Below the pieces are notes generated by a model. It ran no database searches, was not told where the DNA came from, and saw only the letters and a list, made by a program, of their open reading frames with translations. DNA of 17,500 nt from Candidatus Micrarchaeota archaeon (GTDB lineage: Archaea > Micrarchaeota > Micrarchaeia > Anstonellales > Bilamarchaeaceae), in assembly GCA_043816005.1 (NCBI GenBank), contig JBDRIM010000008.1, forward strand, positions 1 through 17,500. Direction: 5' to 3'. The position numbers and the translations under genes were made by a program. This document shows positions 15,787 to 17,500 of the stretch, piece after piece (positions within the stretch are counted from its first letter, which is position 1; the number at the start of each line of letters is the position of its first letter).

Positions 15787-16683
15787 ATGTCTGATGACGA
15801 ATTAGAGAAATTTAGAAAGGCAGGTAAAATTGCTGTCAAAATACGTGAAGAAAGCAAACGCCTTATCATGGTAGGAGAATCATTGCTTGATATAGCAGAT
15901 ATGGTTGAACAAAGTATACGGGATGAAGGTGCAAAACCAGCATTCCCAGTAAACATTTCAATAAATGATATAGCAGCCCATTACACACCTGAATATGATT
16001 CTACTGCTTTGATGGAAGATGATGCTCTAGTCAAAATAGATTTAGGTATAGAAATAGATGGTGCACTTTCAGACACTGCATATACTATTGATTTAAGCGA
16101 CAAAAATGAAAATTTAGTAAGAGCATCAGAAGAGGCACTTGAAAATGCAATAAAAGCAATCAAACCAGGAATGATGGTTGGGGATATTGGGGGAATAATA
16201 GAGGAAACAATAAACAAATATGGATTCAAGCCAATTTCCAATCTTTCTGGGCATATGATAAAATCAAATGAACTTCATGCTGGAGTTGAGATACCAAATA
16301 TAAAAACTCGTGATCCTTACAAGCTCAAAGAAGGAGATATATTTGCAGTTGAGCCTTTTGCAACAACAGGAACAGGGCATGTAGAAGACCTTGAACAAGT
16401 TGAAATTTTTTCGCTTTATTCACCATCTAATGTGAGGATGAGGCAATCGCGTAAAATCGTAGAATATGCAATAAAAAATTATGGGATGCTTCCGTTTGCA
16501 GAAAGATGGATAAGGAAGGAGTTTCCATCGAAATTGCTTGTTAGCGCTGCATTAAAAGAGCTTTTGCAGAACCGATTCATACGCGGCTACCCTATTTTAA
16601 GGGAAGCAAGCAGAGGGTTGGTTTCGCAGGCAGAGCATACCATTTTAGTAACTAAAGATGGTTGTGAAATTTTAACAGAATAA
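15787..16683 (+). CDS. map: Methionine aminopeptidase type II
   Basis: AFPVNISIN.IAAHYTP, KIDLG..IDG..SDTA.T, NLSGH, AVEPFAT and SQAEHT; GAGGGTGA RBS before ATG 15787. Confidence 0.96.
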   Translation: MSDDELEKFRKAGKIAVKIREESKRLIMVGESLLDIADMVEQSIRDEGAKPAFPVNISINDIAAHYTPEYDSTALMEDDALVKIDLGIEIDGALSDTAYTIDLSDKNENLVRASEEALENAIKAIKPGMMVGDIGGIIEETINKYGFKPISNLSGHMIKSNELHAGVEIPNIKTRDPYKLKEGDIFAVEPFATTGTGHVEDLEQVEIFSLYSPSNVRMRQSRKIVEYAIKNYGMLPFAERWIRKEFPSKLLVSAALKELLQNRFIRGYPILREASRGLVSQAEHTILVTKDGCEILTE

Positions 16684-16715
16684 CGGATCAGAGGGCTAAA
16701 CTAGACTTGTATGAA

Positions 16716-17384
16716 TCAACAGATATTAGATATGGACAAGTAATCCATAACTTTCTGTTTTTTATATTCTAACTGAATAAATGGGAATACAAATTCCATA
16801 AAATTAGTCATATTTTTTTTAGAAAGATAAAAACAATGTCGGTATCCAGTACTTTGTATCTTTCTGCCTTCGATTGTAGGTTCGCAACTAAATTTTTCAA
16901 TTCTTGCAGAGCACTTCAAATGAAACGAAATTAGTTTGATTAGATTATCATCTGGTTTACCTACGGTTATTCTAATTTCACATTGGGGCCATTTCGGACG
17001 TTTTATTCTTATATCGCCATCTCCATCGATCAAACCAGCCAAGTAAGCACAAAATAAATGAGTATCAGAGCGAATGTGCTCGGGTATATTGCCTTTAATT
17101 ATACCGAGCTCGTCAAGAACTACAAGCATCGAATTTACAGATGTGCCTATAGAATATATTCCAGTACCATATGAATTGATTTCATCCTTACAGATAGTCA
17201 AACTTCTATTAAATTCGAGCTCGAAAATTTTTTGTATAAAATTAAGCATTGGTAATGATTTTTCACCCACCTGAAAACGAATTCTATAAATTATCCGATT
17301 TCTTTTTTTATAAAAAAAGTTATAGAATGTACCGTCTGAATTTAATGCACCTAGAAAATAAGCAAGCCTGGCATTTAACCTCAC
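16716..17384 (-). CDS. Free-standing double-motif LAGLIDADG homing endonuclease
   Basis: Motif 1 AYFLGALNSDGT and motif 2 AYLAGLIDGDGD; basic protein; GTG start after GGTGGGA; no intein splicing blocks. Confidence 0.88.
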   Translation of the reverse strand: MRLNARLAYFLGALNSDGTFYNFFYKKRNRIIYRIRFQVGEKSLPMLNFIQKIFELEFNRSLTICKDEINSYGTGIYSIGTSVNSMLVVLDELGIIKGNIPEHIRSDTHLFCAYLAGLIDGDGDIRIKRPKWPQCEIRITVGKPDDNLIKLISFHLKCSARIEKFSCEPTIEGRKIQSTGYRHCFYLSKKNMTNFMEFVFPFIQLEYKKQKVMDYLSISNIC

Positions 17385-17434
17385 TCATCCCACCGTAGGG
17401 TATTTATATTGAATTTCTTATTAAACTTTGTTAC

Positions 17435-17500
17435 GGGCCCGTGGCCTAACCTGGACAGGGCGATTGGCTTCGAATGCCACCTCCAATGGCGGAGGACACC
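17435..17500 (+). tRNA. tRNA-Arg(TCG), 5' part, with 24-nt 37/38 intron (17474-17497); truncated by window end
   Basis: GGGCCCG-TG-GCCT-AACCTGGACA-GGGC-G-ATTGG-CT-TCG-A. BHB helix CTTC/GAGG, bulges GA|A and AC|A, intron stem TGCCA/TGGCG. Exon 2 begins A-CC, as needed to pair with ATTGG. Confidence 0.82.

Noticed and set aside
410..17274. Remaining short ORFs antisense to or nested in called genes (e.g. 410-637, 1955-2173, 2623-2880, 4968-5449, 8627-8953, 13684-15104, 15753-16241, 17074-17274)
   Set aside because: Shadow frames of well-supported genes with no recognisable motifs.
16716..17384. LAGLIDADG ORF as an intein or intron-encoded ORF
   Set aside because: No N-terminal Cys/Ser block or His-Asn end, map is complete and on the other strand, and I see no flanking exons or BHB around the ORF.

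Overview
AT-rich, gene-dense archaeal window, most consistent with a DPANN (possibly Micrarchaeota-like) genome. That assignment is inferred from purP, archaeal GlmU, Pth2, type II Map, an Lhr helicase, GGTGA ribosome-binding sites, TATA promoters and CCA-less tRNAs with bulge-helix-bulge (BHB) introns. Protein genes: partial AAA/DUF4143 ATPase, two tandem orphan paralogues, short DUF460 protein, Cys-rich repeat lipoprotein, glmU, purP, uppS, DtxR/MntR regulator plus FTR1 iron permease, RBBP9/YdeN hydrolase, GH114 lipoprotein, pth2, MgtC-family protein, Lhr helicase, map, a free-standing LAGLIDADG endonuclease and several hypotheticals. All three tRNA genes are interrupted: Leu(CAG) at 37/38 and 59/60, Phe(GAA) at 30/31 and 37/38, and Arg(TCG) at 37/38 (gene cut off by the window end). 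The most unusual signals are non-coding. (i) A 30-40 nt T5-N3-A5 hairpin element occurs 4-5 times, only in tRNA leaders, introns and trailers, in both orientations. (ii) A 51-57 nt double-hairpin element with compensatory changes occurs twice, 11.5 kb apart. (iii) Hairpin patchworks lie at tRNA 3' ends. (iv) An apparently intact homing endonuclease sits back-to-back with an intron-containing tRNA. All product calls come from motif recognition by eye; no searches were run.
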